64,000 nucleotides of DNA, from the NCBI GenBank assembly GCA_013265495.1, contig MU059614.1, forward strand, positions 1,403,601 through 1,467,600. The letters are read 5' to 3'. Below, piece after piece: positions 44,401-56,400 of this stretch. Position 1 is the first letter of the stretch. Every line of letters begins with the position of its first letter. Below the pieces are notes generated by a model, which was not told the DNA's origin, did no database searches, and worked only from the letters and a program-made list of their open reading frames with translations. This DNA is from Vicugna vicugna (taxonomy: Eukaryota). The translations under genes were made by a program, and so were the position numbers.

Positions 44401-47400
44401 GCTGATTCTTTCCTGAACCGGGCTCTCTGGCCTCTAGAAAAAGAGCACTCCAGTCTTCGGTCAGGCAGGCCAGGGGCACGGGGTCCTGCCTTGTTTGACG
44501 TCCAGCCAGTGCTGTCTCCAAGAGGCTGGTGACTGTGTGCAGCGGCTCCCTTGCTGCCCTGTCCCCCGGCCACCTTCCTGCTCCTGCCGTCAGTGCAGTC
44601 AGCACGCGTGGCGAGGGGACAGGGCAGGATGGGCAAGGCCGCTCAAATGAAAATGGTCACACCAGCCGTTTCGGGCTAAGTTTTAGTGGAAGGAGGCAAA
44701 CCCCTGGGCCCAGTGAGGTTCCCTGGTCGTCTGGGGAGGTTCATTTCCCAGTCAGCTGAGATAGGAGTGGACCGGGTGGATTTACCCGTTTCAGCTGTAA
44801 AATTGCTAGGAACGCAAAACTTCCAGGTGATGTGACAGAGCCCCAGAACTCAAACCCCGGCCTGCCCCGCTCCCCGCCTGGCCGCCCTGTCAGTCCCCAC
44901 CGCCCCGCGCTACCAGGACCCCCTGTGCCGAAAGGCCCACCCCGCCCTGGTCAGTGGGCACCAGCTTCCCGCCTCACTCTGCACACCTGCCCCGGGAGGG
45001 TGCCTGTTCCTGACTCCACAGGTGAGGAAGCCACGCGGGTGAGGGTTTGGCTGTCGGAGCGCAGAGCGAGGACACGAAGGGCGTGTTCATGCTCAGGCCG
45101 TGGCCAGCCCTCTTCCTGCGCCCCCACAAGGCCTCTGGACCTCGGCGGCTCCTCCCAGGGTGCTCTCCATTTGCCACCACGTGCTGTGGGCCTGGGGAGC
45201 CCAGGGGGACGGGTCCTGGGAGGCCCGCACACCCTGTCTGACCCCGCATGATCCAGGCAGCTTGAGAGCCCAGTGGGAGAACTGAAGAGGGCAAGTTCGG
45301 GCTCTTAAGCCTTTTTTCCTCCTTCAAAGTTTGAAGACAAGAGATCTAGAGAAGTAGAGAAAAGTACTCATCGCCGTGCGACCCGGAGGTCTCTGCTGCT
45401 GCAGACACTGCGGCCTGCTTACTTCCTGGATTATTGGTGCGTTTTTCTCACAGAGATGACGCTGTGAATACCGTTTTGTGTTCTGGGTTTTTTCTTTCAC
45501 TTAACGTAATAAGCATTTTAAGTTAAGAACCAGCGTGTAGGTACCACGTGCACATGACCACATGCTGCTCCAGCGTGTGGACGTATGGTGGTGTACTTCA
45601 CCACTGCCTCAGGTATGGACATTCGGGTGGTTTTATTTTTTTCCTTGCTGTTATAACTCAGCGATAAACCCTGGTAGGGCTTGAATCTTCGCCTTGTAGG
45701 TTATTTACTTGTAATAAATTCCTTTAAGTAGAATCACCACGTCGAAAGGTTCTTGCTCCAAAAGCTTGATACTGCCTTGTGTCGTCTCAGCCTTTACGGG
45801 ACCCGTGGAGGGTCCCGGTGGAGGGTCCCAGTGGAGGGTTAGCGTGTGGGATGGGGTTGGGGACGGTTTCCTTGAAGAGAGTTTTTAGGCCACTTCTGAA
45901 GCTGCTGGTTGTTAACTGGAGTGGAAGCAGATGGGTGTAGTGGGGAGACGCTACCTACATTTCCAGGCAGAGACGAAGGGACCGATGCCCAGAGCTGCCG
46001 GTGCGTGTGGACCTGAGGGAGCTGGGGCTGGGGAGCAGGATGTCGGGCGAGGCCCGGTGACAGCCTGGACTTTCCATAACGGCAGGGGAAACTGGGGGGG
46101 CTTGAAGCAGACTGGGGACGTGAGGAGACTTTCATGCTGGAAGGTCACCTGGCTGCGGGGTGGAGCACAGACTGGACAGGGCTGGAAGGAGGCTGCGAGG
46201 CCAGTTAGGTCCCTCACATAAGAGGGGTTCCTCGCAGGCTTTGCTAAATTGATGGGAGATAGTGCATTTCGTTTAAACTTATGTTTTTTTCATTCCTGCT
46301 GAGGTTGGATATTTTTAAGTTGATTTGCCACCCAAATGTCTTCATGTGTGACTTGGCTCCGTGTGTCCTAACGGGTCCCGGAGCGTTAAGGCACCCTTGT
46401 TGCAGATTTCAGGATGGTGGGGCAGACGCAGGATTCAGCTCCACATCAGAGCTTTTGGAGACCTAGCGAGGGGAGGTGATGGATGCCCTGGGTGCTGACA
46501 CCAGCACTGAGGCCCCAGGCCCACTGCCCTCTGCCCTCTCCAGGCCTCCTCACGCTGGCCCTGAGTCTGGGCCTCTGAAAGCACAGCTCAGCAGGCCGCC
46601 CGTGAGCGTTTGCTGGGATGGAGGAGGTGAGAGAGGACAGGGCCTTCAGCGTGAAGTTACCACTCAGGCCCGACTCACGGTTCAGCCGCCTCCCCAGCGT
46701 TAACGGCATCCCGCTTGTAGGTCTTCCGTGTTGCGACTTTTATTAGCTTGCTATTTTGATAGCCACAGAAGCTTGCCGCGGAAGCTGCAGGCAGGGGCTT
46801 GCCAGGAGCGCACCCCGATGGGAGGAGCTTTTCTTCCTGACTGAGCGGTGGCCTCGTGCGTTCCGGTTCCCCCTGGGCTCCAGTGTGTGCCGGGGGCAGA
46901 GGCAGCACGGGAGGCTGGCGATGGCCCGCGTCTCTCTCTGCAGCATCTCAGCTAGAAACCCACAGGAGCTTGAGCCTGCGTCTCACTCTGGGTGTTTTCC
47001 CCGTTAATCTGACCAGTCTCAGACAGTTGAGGCGCTGCCATCACAGCGCGGCCCCGTCACGGTGCCTGTGTGCATGGCCGTGCCCTTGCTGGGGCTGAAG
47101 CCCTCCGTCTTTGACGTTGAACTTCACCCCCAGACCAGATAAGGCGGGGCGGAGAGTTGTCTGAGCTGACCCCCTAGGGGCCTTCCAGAAACGATTCCAC
47201 GATTCCTGGTGACTGTAGAGGTTAACAGGCTTAGAAATCATTAATATGGTTACCAAAGAAACACAAATACCTCGCAGAACAATTTGGAAAGTTACCCTCC
47301 TCCCCGACAAAACCCAAGCGGACTCAGACAGGGCGGTTCTCACCCTGAGGAGCCGTCCCCCTGCCCCACGCTGGGCTCGCTCTCCGGGCCTTTTTCCTTC

Positions 47401-50400
47401 GAGTGGGTGTTTGCTGGCTAGTGTGAAGCTGTGGGACTGTTTCTGTCTTGATTTTTTCCCCACTTACTGTGTGATCACCACTTGCCCAGCGTCTGCTTTC
47501 CTCCTCACCCAGGGGCCGTGTGTGTCCGTGGGGCGCCGGCAGGCCTTTCCGGGCAACCACGTAAGGCAGGACCTTGTGGCTCCAACCAGTTTTGGGGTCC
47601 CGGTCGCGTTCTTTAAATGTCTTCAGGTCATCATCCTTTGAAGGATGGCTTTGACTTTTAAAACAAGCCAGCAGTTTTCTGCAGCCCAGTGTCGTGTGTT
47701 GGGCAGGGCCGAACTGGAGATGTGGCTGTAACAAGGGAGACCAGGTTTTTCTGTGGTTTGTGGGGAGGGCGGGGAAGGGTCAATGCTCCTCAGACACCTG
47801 TGACCGCCAGCTCGGCCGAGCCCATGAAACAAGCCAGCTCTGAACGTGGCCTGGCCGCTGTCAGTGCAGCGCCTGTCCTCAGCGTGGGCGCATCAGGCCA
47901 CATGCCCAGGGGCCAGGGTGTATGGGTAGGGGAAGGGCCAAGGGACGTGCACCTTGTAACTGGTGGATGCTGCCCACTTCCCCTTGACCTTGGGCAGCCC
48001 CGGGCCCAGCTGGAACTTTCTCTTTCACAGTCTCCCCTGCAGCTGTGTGTGGCCAGAGGGCACAGGTCTGGCCTCTGAGCAGGCGAGCCCCCTTCATTCG
48101 CAGAAGGGCAAAGCCTTCTGGCCCTTGTGCCTTCTTCCTGCCTGATGCGTGGACTCTGCCTGCTGGAGCCGCAGCGCCCTGCAGTGACGGGGACAGCAGC
48201 TGCAAGGCAGCAAGATAGAGGCCCACATCCTGCCTGGGACCCTGTGGGCTGCCTGGGACCCCATGTCCTGCCTGGGACCCCACGTCCTTCCTGGGACCCC
48301 AGGGTCTGCCTGAGACCCTGCATCCTGCCTGGGACTCCAGGGGCAGCCTGGGACCCCACGTCCTGCCTGGGACCCCACGTCCTGCCTGGGGCCCCACGTC
48401 CTGCCTGGGGCCCTGCATCCTGCTTGGGACTCTGGGTGCTGCCTGGGACCCCATGTCCTGCCTGGGACTCCGGGGGGCTGCCTGGGACCCCATGTCCTGC
48501 CTGGGACCCCACGTCCTGCCTGGGACCCTGGGGGCTGCCTGGGGCCCTGCATCCTGCTTGGGACTCTGGGTGCTGCCTGGGACCCCATGTCCTGCCTGGG
48601 ACCCTGGGGGCTGCCTGGGACCCCATGTCCTGCCTGGGACCCTGGGGGCTGCCTGGGACCCTGAGTCCTGCTTGGGACTCTGGGTGCTGCCTGGGACCCC
48701 GTGTCCTGCCTGGGACTCCGGGGGGTGCCGCAGCTCTGTACCGCCTGCTCCCAGAGTTCTCCTTGTGCCGTGAGGAAACTAACCCCATCTGTTTACGCAA
48801 GTGTGAGGTTTTTAATTGCTTGCAGCTGAATGCAATCATAACTGATAAGGTAATGTTTTAATATTTTACAGGGGAAATGTATTTACATATTGTGTAATTA
48901 AAAATGAAAAATAATTTAAATCCCCACAGATTTCTGGGCCCACATTAAACGCACTGAAACAGAATCTTAGGGGATGGGACTCCTATATCTGTATTTTTTT
49001 CCTTTCTTTTTTTTAATTGAAGTATAGTCAGTTACAATGTGTCCATTTTTGGTGTACAGAACAATGTCCCAGTCATGCAGATACATTATGTAGAGACATT
49101 TTCATATTCTTTTTCATTTAAGGTTATTACAGGATATTGAATGCAGTTCCCTGTGCTATACAGAAGAAATTTGTTTTCCATCTGTCTTTGTATATAGTCG
49201 TTAATATTTGCAAATCTCAAACTCCCAATTTATCCCTTCCCACCTCCTTTCCCCCGGTAACCACAATCACATACCGTATATTCAACAAACTCTCCAAACG
49301 ATTCTGATGCATAATAAAATCATGTCCATACTCCTGAGTACTGCTGTCCCCATTTTATATATGGGAACACTGAGACCCGAGGAAGTTAAACACCTTATCC
49401 CAATATTTTTAAGTGGGACTTGCACCTAGCACTGTCTTGTTCCAAAGAACTCCCCCCACGCCCCCACCTCCTCCCAGCCCAGGGAGGCCTGGCTTTCCCA
49501 CTGCCCCGCATCACCCTGCTCCTGAAGGAACCTTCCAGAAGGGATGGCTTGGAACTGTTGGACACAGCTTTACGCTGTGGTCTGGGGAGAGCATCACTGC
49601 ACTGTGTTAGCCCCTGGAGACGACGGGTGTGTGGCTCCTGGCATAGTTGTTAAAAGGTGGACTCATAAACTCTTGGTCTCATCCTCTGTTTTTGAAACGA
49701 CAGGCCTTTAAAGATGTTCATTGACTTCTCGCAAAAGCTTTGCAAATGAGATGTTACTATTCCCATCCCACAGACGTGGAGACTGAGGCTCAGAGAGCTT
49801 TAGTTACTTGTGCAGGATCACCCAGCCAGTAAATAGCAGAATCAATGTGGGCTGAGGTCAGCCTGACTCGGGCTGTCCGGAGTCTGTGTGGCTTTCCTCC
49901 TTGGGTCTGGTGTGGCACTGTCTGAGGGGCTCGGTGTGAGGAGGCCTCTCTGACCGGGAGAACTGGGGAAGTCTCTGTGGAGGAGGCTGGATCGGAGAGT
50001 TTCAGGTGAGGAGAGAGAAGTTTGAGAAGGCTGGGGTGTATTCTGGGAATGAAGAGGAGTCCTGCTTGATTGAAATGTGTGGTTCCTTGTGGAGGTGGGG
50101 GCTGGGACGAGGGGGATGAAGCCAGGAGAGTGACAGGACAGATGGGGAAGGTGGGACGTTTTGTATCTCATGTGAAACTCCTTGCTCCTTAGTGTAAGAA
50201 CAGCTGCCATAAATTCATCTCAGACTCACTCCCTTAATGTCATGAAGAAATATTCCCCCTCCTAGTGGAGTGCGGCTCATTCTGCCTTTATTCAGAGAGA
50301 GACGTTGGTGGAACGATTTGTATTTTACCTTTTTGCCCTGGCCGCCGGGAAGCTCAGGCCCGATTTAGTGTCTACTTGTGGTAACTATCTTACCTGTCTG

Positions 50401-53400
50401 TTTCTTGGTGAAAAATGTCATCTTTCATTCAGTGTGGTTTCTAGTCTTCATTTCATTTTATCTAATTTGCCTTGGGGATAAATTATTAAAAACTACTGAA
50501 AATTCCTTCTGGAAACAGGCAAGATATATCCTTTAACTGTGTTTTAATGCCTGCTTAGAAGAAATGTAGACTTTCTTGCACTGTCGCAGGGAACAGCAGT
50601 GAGGGGCTGGGACAGGATAGTGAGTGACTAAAGCTTTCTTGCATTTTGATGAGCTGCTGGCAGGAGGTTGCTAGGAGGGGCATTTACCTCTTGGACAAGG
50701 GTTGAAATCAGTCCTTGGGAACCTCAGGAGTCACTGAATATGAGGAAGGGGCTACAGGCGTGTCTGCTGTGGGGCTCTGCGACCCTCCTGGCCCTGCCAG
50801 GTCTGAAGTCATGTCCCTCACACGACCCGCGACCTTTTCTTCCGTCTTCACAGCAGTCACTCCCTAGAACCACCTGGATTGGTTTTTGGCTCTTTTCAGG
50901 AGAAGGCACTGACGTTGTGTGGGGGCAGTGCTGGTCCTCCCAGCCCGGGTGCTGGGCTGCACTGGTTCCGAGGCGGCCCTCGGCTTTGCCTTCCACGCCG
51001 CCCCTGGGGGTGTGCATTGGGAACCAGCTCACAAACACAGAATGAGGCTTTTCCCTGCGGTCCAGGGAAGATCTGGACCGGAAGTCGCTAGGCTCGTTTT
51101 TCCCGGCACGCTTCCTGGGCCCAGGTCGCAGGGCACTCTGTGACCCAGGGATGGGAGCCCTGCCCCCTGGTCCCACCAGGGACACCTTTCCTGACTGGTC
51201 CCTGTGGGTGTGAGCAGGACAGAGCCAATCACAGCCTGAGCCTGGGCAGCGGCCCTTGCTGCTCCGTTCAGATCGGGGAGCATGTCTGAACACTGGCTAT
51301 GTGCTGCAGAGTCCTTGGTCTCCCAGGGGCGGCAGGTCCGTGCGGGGCCACCAGGCTGCAGGAGAGTCAGCGAGGGAGGCCGTGGGTCCCAGGGGAGCGC
51401 AGTTAATTCAGCGGAGGTGGTGTGCACTCGGGCGTCGGGGAGCAGCCGCGGAGTGAGAGGGGAAGGCCTGCGTTCCGGCCTCGGGGGATTAGTGTGCAGG
51501 GAACGCTTTATGCCGCCTGGCTTCACTTAGCATTCCTGCACTGATTTCCACTCAGCGACCAGGCCGAGAGATTTGTCATTTTCAAAAGCCACGTACATTT
51601 CCTGCCTTACTGATGTACCCTGGTGCTCAGCCACCCTCTCGTTTGCTGGGATTTGTCGAGAGAACAACAGAGCTTTTCTCAATTAGGCATCTTCGCAGAA
51701 TCAGCGCTCCCCTCCCCCAACTTACTTCCTTAGGGGCGTGTTGCTGGGTCAAAGTTATCAACGGTTTTGTCTTTCCTTTTGAATATTTTTCTTCTTCTTA
51801 TGGAAAGTTTCAAACATCTACAAAAGGAGAAAGGCCATTATGCTGAACTCCCATGTATTTAGGGGTGAGTTTCAACAGTTAGAGTCAGGGCAGCTTTGGT
51901 TGATCTGCAGCCCACACTTTTCCTGTCCTGGATTGTTTTGTGATAAATCCCCGACATGACAGAATAGAAGTACCGAAGTGTGTATTTCTAAAGGATAGGG
52001 ATCTTAAAAAGTATAACCACAGCTGCGGAGGGTGTAGCTCAGTGGTGGAGCGCGTGCTTAGCACGCACGAGGTCCTGGGTACAATCTCCAGTCCCTCCGT
52101 TTAAAAAAAAAATCTAATAATAAATGAATAGACCTAAGGAACTCCCCTCCAAAAAATAAAGTAAAAATTTCAAAAAAAGTGATAACTATCAGCACATCTT
52201 AAAGATTAATTTATAATGTCATGAAACACCTGGTCATCCAGCTGAACGTTTAAGATTTCTCCGCGTTTTCTGTGGCCATTCTTGGGGGGCCAAATGGTTG
52301 TCTGCACCAGCCTGTTTTCTTGGGAAGGCTTCCCTGGACGCATCCTGTGAGGCTGGGGCTCTGCCCTGAGCAGGGCACTTGCCGGCGGGTCCCGGCCTCT
52401 CTCTGGCCTCTGCCCCTTGCTGGCGTGGTCGGTGCTGCCTATGGGGGGCGGGGCTGGCTGCCCACCACTCCGGCTTCCTCGGGGGCACCTGGCTCCACCT
52501 GCCAAGAGTGAAGCCCAGGGTGCGCAGCCTTCGGGGCCGAAGATGCTGGATAGAGACGGTGTGTTTTCCTCCAGTAACCGCTCCAGGATGCGGGGAGATG
52601 CCGGCTCCCAGATGGACGGGGATCATCCTGCGTACAGGCTTTGCTTGGCCTCGCTCAGGGTGTCCCGGTCAGCTCTGCGGAAAGTCACGCAGCCGTCAGC
52701 TACATAACTTGTGTGGGGAGTCCGCAAGCTCCGGACACTGTGCCAGTGGGAACGCACACCCAGGCTGGGCCCCTTCCTCCTGTTCCAGACCACGGCTCCA
52801 TGTCCGTGGACGCTCCCTGTTTGTTCTCGCTCTTGGTATCCTGGATGTTTTCAGTGGACGGATCGCAGTGGCTGCGCAGACGGTCCAGAACCCTGCGAGG
52901 CTTGGCTTTGGAACGCAGGTCCCGTGTGCCTTCTGCCTGCACCCCCCGCGCCGGCCCAGACTGTCGGTCCTCCCTCTGGTCCTCCCCCTGGCCTGGGTGC
53001 CCTGCAGGTGGCAGAAACACCCAAGTCATGGGTGACCTGCTCTGGGACAAGGGGCACTCACTGGGAGGCCTGGGCGGGACGAAGATGCCCTTGGAGAGAT
53101 GGCAGGTCGGAGGCTTTCATCCCACGGGAGAGCGGACTTTGTCGTCAGCTCGAGTTTCCCTCGTGTCCAGGACAGACTCACCCTGGGCCGGGCTCGCCTT
53201 GCGGGAAGAACTAAACAGCTGAGTGTCGCTCTGGTTGCGGGTTTGCCGTTTTATTTCTTAGCTGTTTGCGGCACCGTCGCCGCCTCACTTCCTTACAAAA
53301 TAGCAGGACCAGGAAAAGTGAAGATTTGCCTCTGAGCCAAGTATTTCAACATCCTGATTATTTTTGCCTTTTCCATTTCTCTTTCAGGCATTATGCATAT

Positions 53401-56400
53401 GCATCCTTTTTTAAAAATAGTTTTATGTCTTATATTCTTTACACCATTGCAAAAAGTTCCTGTGTGGTTTTAATAATGATTGCTTATAATGGCTCTGTGG
53501 TATCTAAGTTGGTATATATGCCATCGTTTACTTAGCCACCACTTTTTTTACCTCATCTTTGGGAAGTTTTAAGGATTTTAAATAATAGTGCATTGAGCAT
53601 GTACGTTCCTGTGTGTAGCTCCCCGCCTTGTTTTTACAGCTTTTCTGAGATACAGTTCGCATGCTACACCACTCGCCCATTCAAAGCGTGCAGCTCAGTG
53701 GTTTCTGGCACTCAGGCAGGGTCGCGTGGCCGCTGCCGCAGTCCGCCGCTTCAGGGCCTCTGCTCGTTCCGTGCCCGTTAGCCGTCGCTGCGCCCCAGCC
53801 CCAGGCGGCCACTCCACCACTTTCTGTCTCTGTATATTTGCCTGGCTAGACATTTCCTATCAAAGGACTCATCCAACCTCTGTTGTTGTTTTTCCCGTTT
53901 GAGAAACTGTGGTAAAATATGCATAACATAAAATGTGTCATTTTAACCGTTTTTAAATGTGCGGTTCAGTGGCACCAAGTACATGCGTGTGGTGGTGCAG
54001 CTGTCGCCACCGTTCCTACCCAGAACTCTTCCATCTTCCCAGACTGCAACCCTGTGCCCCTTAAATGCTCACGCCCCGTCCCCCGGACCCTGGCAGCCCC
54101 CGCCTACCTTGTGTCTCCGTGAATTTGTCTGCCCCAGCTCCCCGTGTAAGTGGTGTCATGTCCGAGTTGTCCTTTTGTGAGTGGCTTCCTCACTGGGCAT
54201 GATGCCTTCACTGTTCACCCACGTCGTAGCACGTCTCTGAATTTCATTCCTCTTTATTGCCAAATACTGTTCCTCTGCACGGCTAGACTGTGTCTTGTTT
54301 CTCTGTCTGCCGTTTGATGGGCATTGGGTTGTTTCAGAATTGCGGCTGGTCTGAGCACTGCTGCGGTGGGCAAAGACGTCTTTGAGTCCCTGGGCATCCC
54401 GAGCAGCGGAATTGCCAGGCTGCGTGGCTTTTTGCTTTGAAATAGCCCTTTAAGCCAAGAACCCTAAAGAGACTGTTAGGTCAGAGGACAGCAGCCTTTC
54501 CCAGCATGCCCTGGATGGCTCTTGCTCCCCAAAGGTTCCTAAACGTACACGACCTTCAGGACTGGGACGTTCTGCTTTGCCTGTAACCTCCCAGCAGCGG
54601 GCATCATTCTTGGAGATGTGTGTGTCAAGTGAAGAGTAAGACTCCAGCTCCGTCGTTTTGACGTGGCTGTTTTCTATTACGAGTTGCTGAGACGCGGCCT
54701 CTAGAGTGGAAACCAGCTACAGTGGGAGCCTCACTCAGGTGGTTGTTTCCGCTTGTCCCCACAGGTGCCTGCAGTGCTGGCAAGGAGGCTGTCCCTCCCA
54801 CCCGGCTTCTGAGGGACACTCCCAGGAGCGGGGCAGAGTGAGCCCAGGGAACTTCCGGGGCCCCTCCTCCAGGCGCGGAATCTCGTAGTTGCTCTTCCAG
54901 GCCCAGAGGAGACGTTCCTTTTCAGCCTCACTCCTGTGTTGCCTGCGGTCCCAGCTAGTCCTGTAGCCAATCAGCACCTGGCTGGCCATGTGTGGCCCGG
55001 CCCGGCCCTGATCCCATGTGCCCACCCACTGGCAGGGACTTCGAGGGGCCCCCACCCTCTGCCCTCCTCGGAAGGCGGCCCGCGGGTCCCGTCTGCAGAG
55101 TGGTCTGTACGTTAAGAACTGCATCCTGTTTCTTGGACATTTGTGGATGCCAGGCTCCCTGTCTCCTGTTCGGCGTCACTGATTCATGGGGCCCTCACGA
55201 CTGCCTGTGATGAGGCAGGGCTGACTCCACGGGTGACCAAGCCAAGTAGGGGAGTGGGAGAGGTGTGCCTGGGGCTGGGTGACGGGGACTGGGCCCGACC
55301 TGCGTCCTCGCCCCCCGCTTCCTGCTGCAGCCCGTCCTCTGCTGCTGCTCCCTGGGGACTGCGTGGCTCGTCACTCTTCCACACAGCAGAAGGTGGCTTT
55401 GGCACGTCCACTGACTCGTCCCCCTCCGCTTTCCTGTTTCCCACGCACTCCAGTCACGACCCGTCACATTGTGCTGGTGTCCTGTTCACAGGTGTCCTAC
55501 CTGGTGGCCTCCCTGAGGGGCAAGGCCTCCACCTGGCTTATCTTTCTGTGCCTCCAGCTGGTGCCCAGCGGGGAGGGGCCTCAGGTCAGGTTGAGGTGGA
55601 GCTGGGGAGCCTTCGGACGCTTTGCATTTTCCCCTCCGCAGGCCCAGCTTCCTGTCCCCTCAGGGTGCGCATGGGAGAGGAGAGATCTGCAGTGTGTCCC
55701 CCAGGAGCCAGGGGCCTTTTGTCTTCCCATTGGCGGGCCCACCACCTGGCTGTTAGAGCAGCCTGGGACCCGCTGGCACCGTCTCCCTGACCTGGACCCG
55801 GCCCCTGCGCAGCCCTACACCCCGCTGCCTGAGCCACCCAGCCCTTCTCCTGCATGCACTTTCACCCCATCAAGTACAGATGAGGAACAACAGCACACCC
55901 GCGGCTGCTCCCCGGGAACTTGAAAGCTGCGCCGCCCGCCCAGGGAATCCCAGTTGAAAAAGACCTGGGTCAGCAGCCTGGAGCCTGTGTGGCTACATCC
56001 ACCTGTTTCCTCTGCTGCCTGGCCGGCCTGAAGGGCTCCTTCGTTTGGGGAGTGGGAGGACGTGGGGTCCTCACTGGGCCGGGCGTGGAATCGTGGCTCG
56101 GACAGGGCTACCCTCTGGAACTGAGCTTTCCAGGCGGGAGAGTAAGTGGTGAGTTTGTGAATTTGTCAGCCTTTAGAGAAGACAGAAGTTTGACAAAAGG
56201 AGAAACCACAGTGCAGGGTGGCGTCCAGGGTCCATCCTGGACAAAGAAGGGCGTTAGTGGAGAAACTGGAGAAATCTGAGTGAAGCCTGGAGTGGAGCTG
56301 GAACCGTGCCAGGGTTCATTGTCCAGCTTGGACAAATGGACAGCAGTTATGCAAGACGTGGGCATTAGCAGAAACTGGGAGAAGGGCACGCGCGGGCCCT

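Noticed and set aside
47790-48861. Long ORFs (349, 244, 204 aa) with GSQAG/VPGRT-type repeats
   Set aside because: They are stop-free read-through of the 19-bp minisatellite in several frames on both strands; not a gene.
50526-50537. ATATCCTTTAAC, a perfect U12 5'SS fused to a branch-like motif, in TOM1L2 intron 1
   Set aside because: No adjoining exon or partner AC site found; one such 9-mer is near chance expectation in 128 kb of two-strand sequence.
30433-52178. tRNA-Ala(AGC)-like sequences at 30433, 40141-40248 and 52025
   Set aside because: Acceptor or anticodon stems are degenerate, with A-rich tails and TSD-like flanks; these are SINE heads, not tRNA genes.
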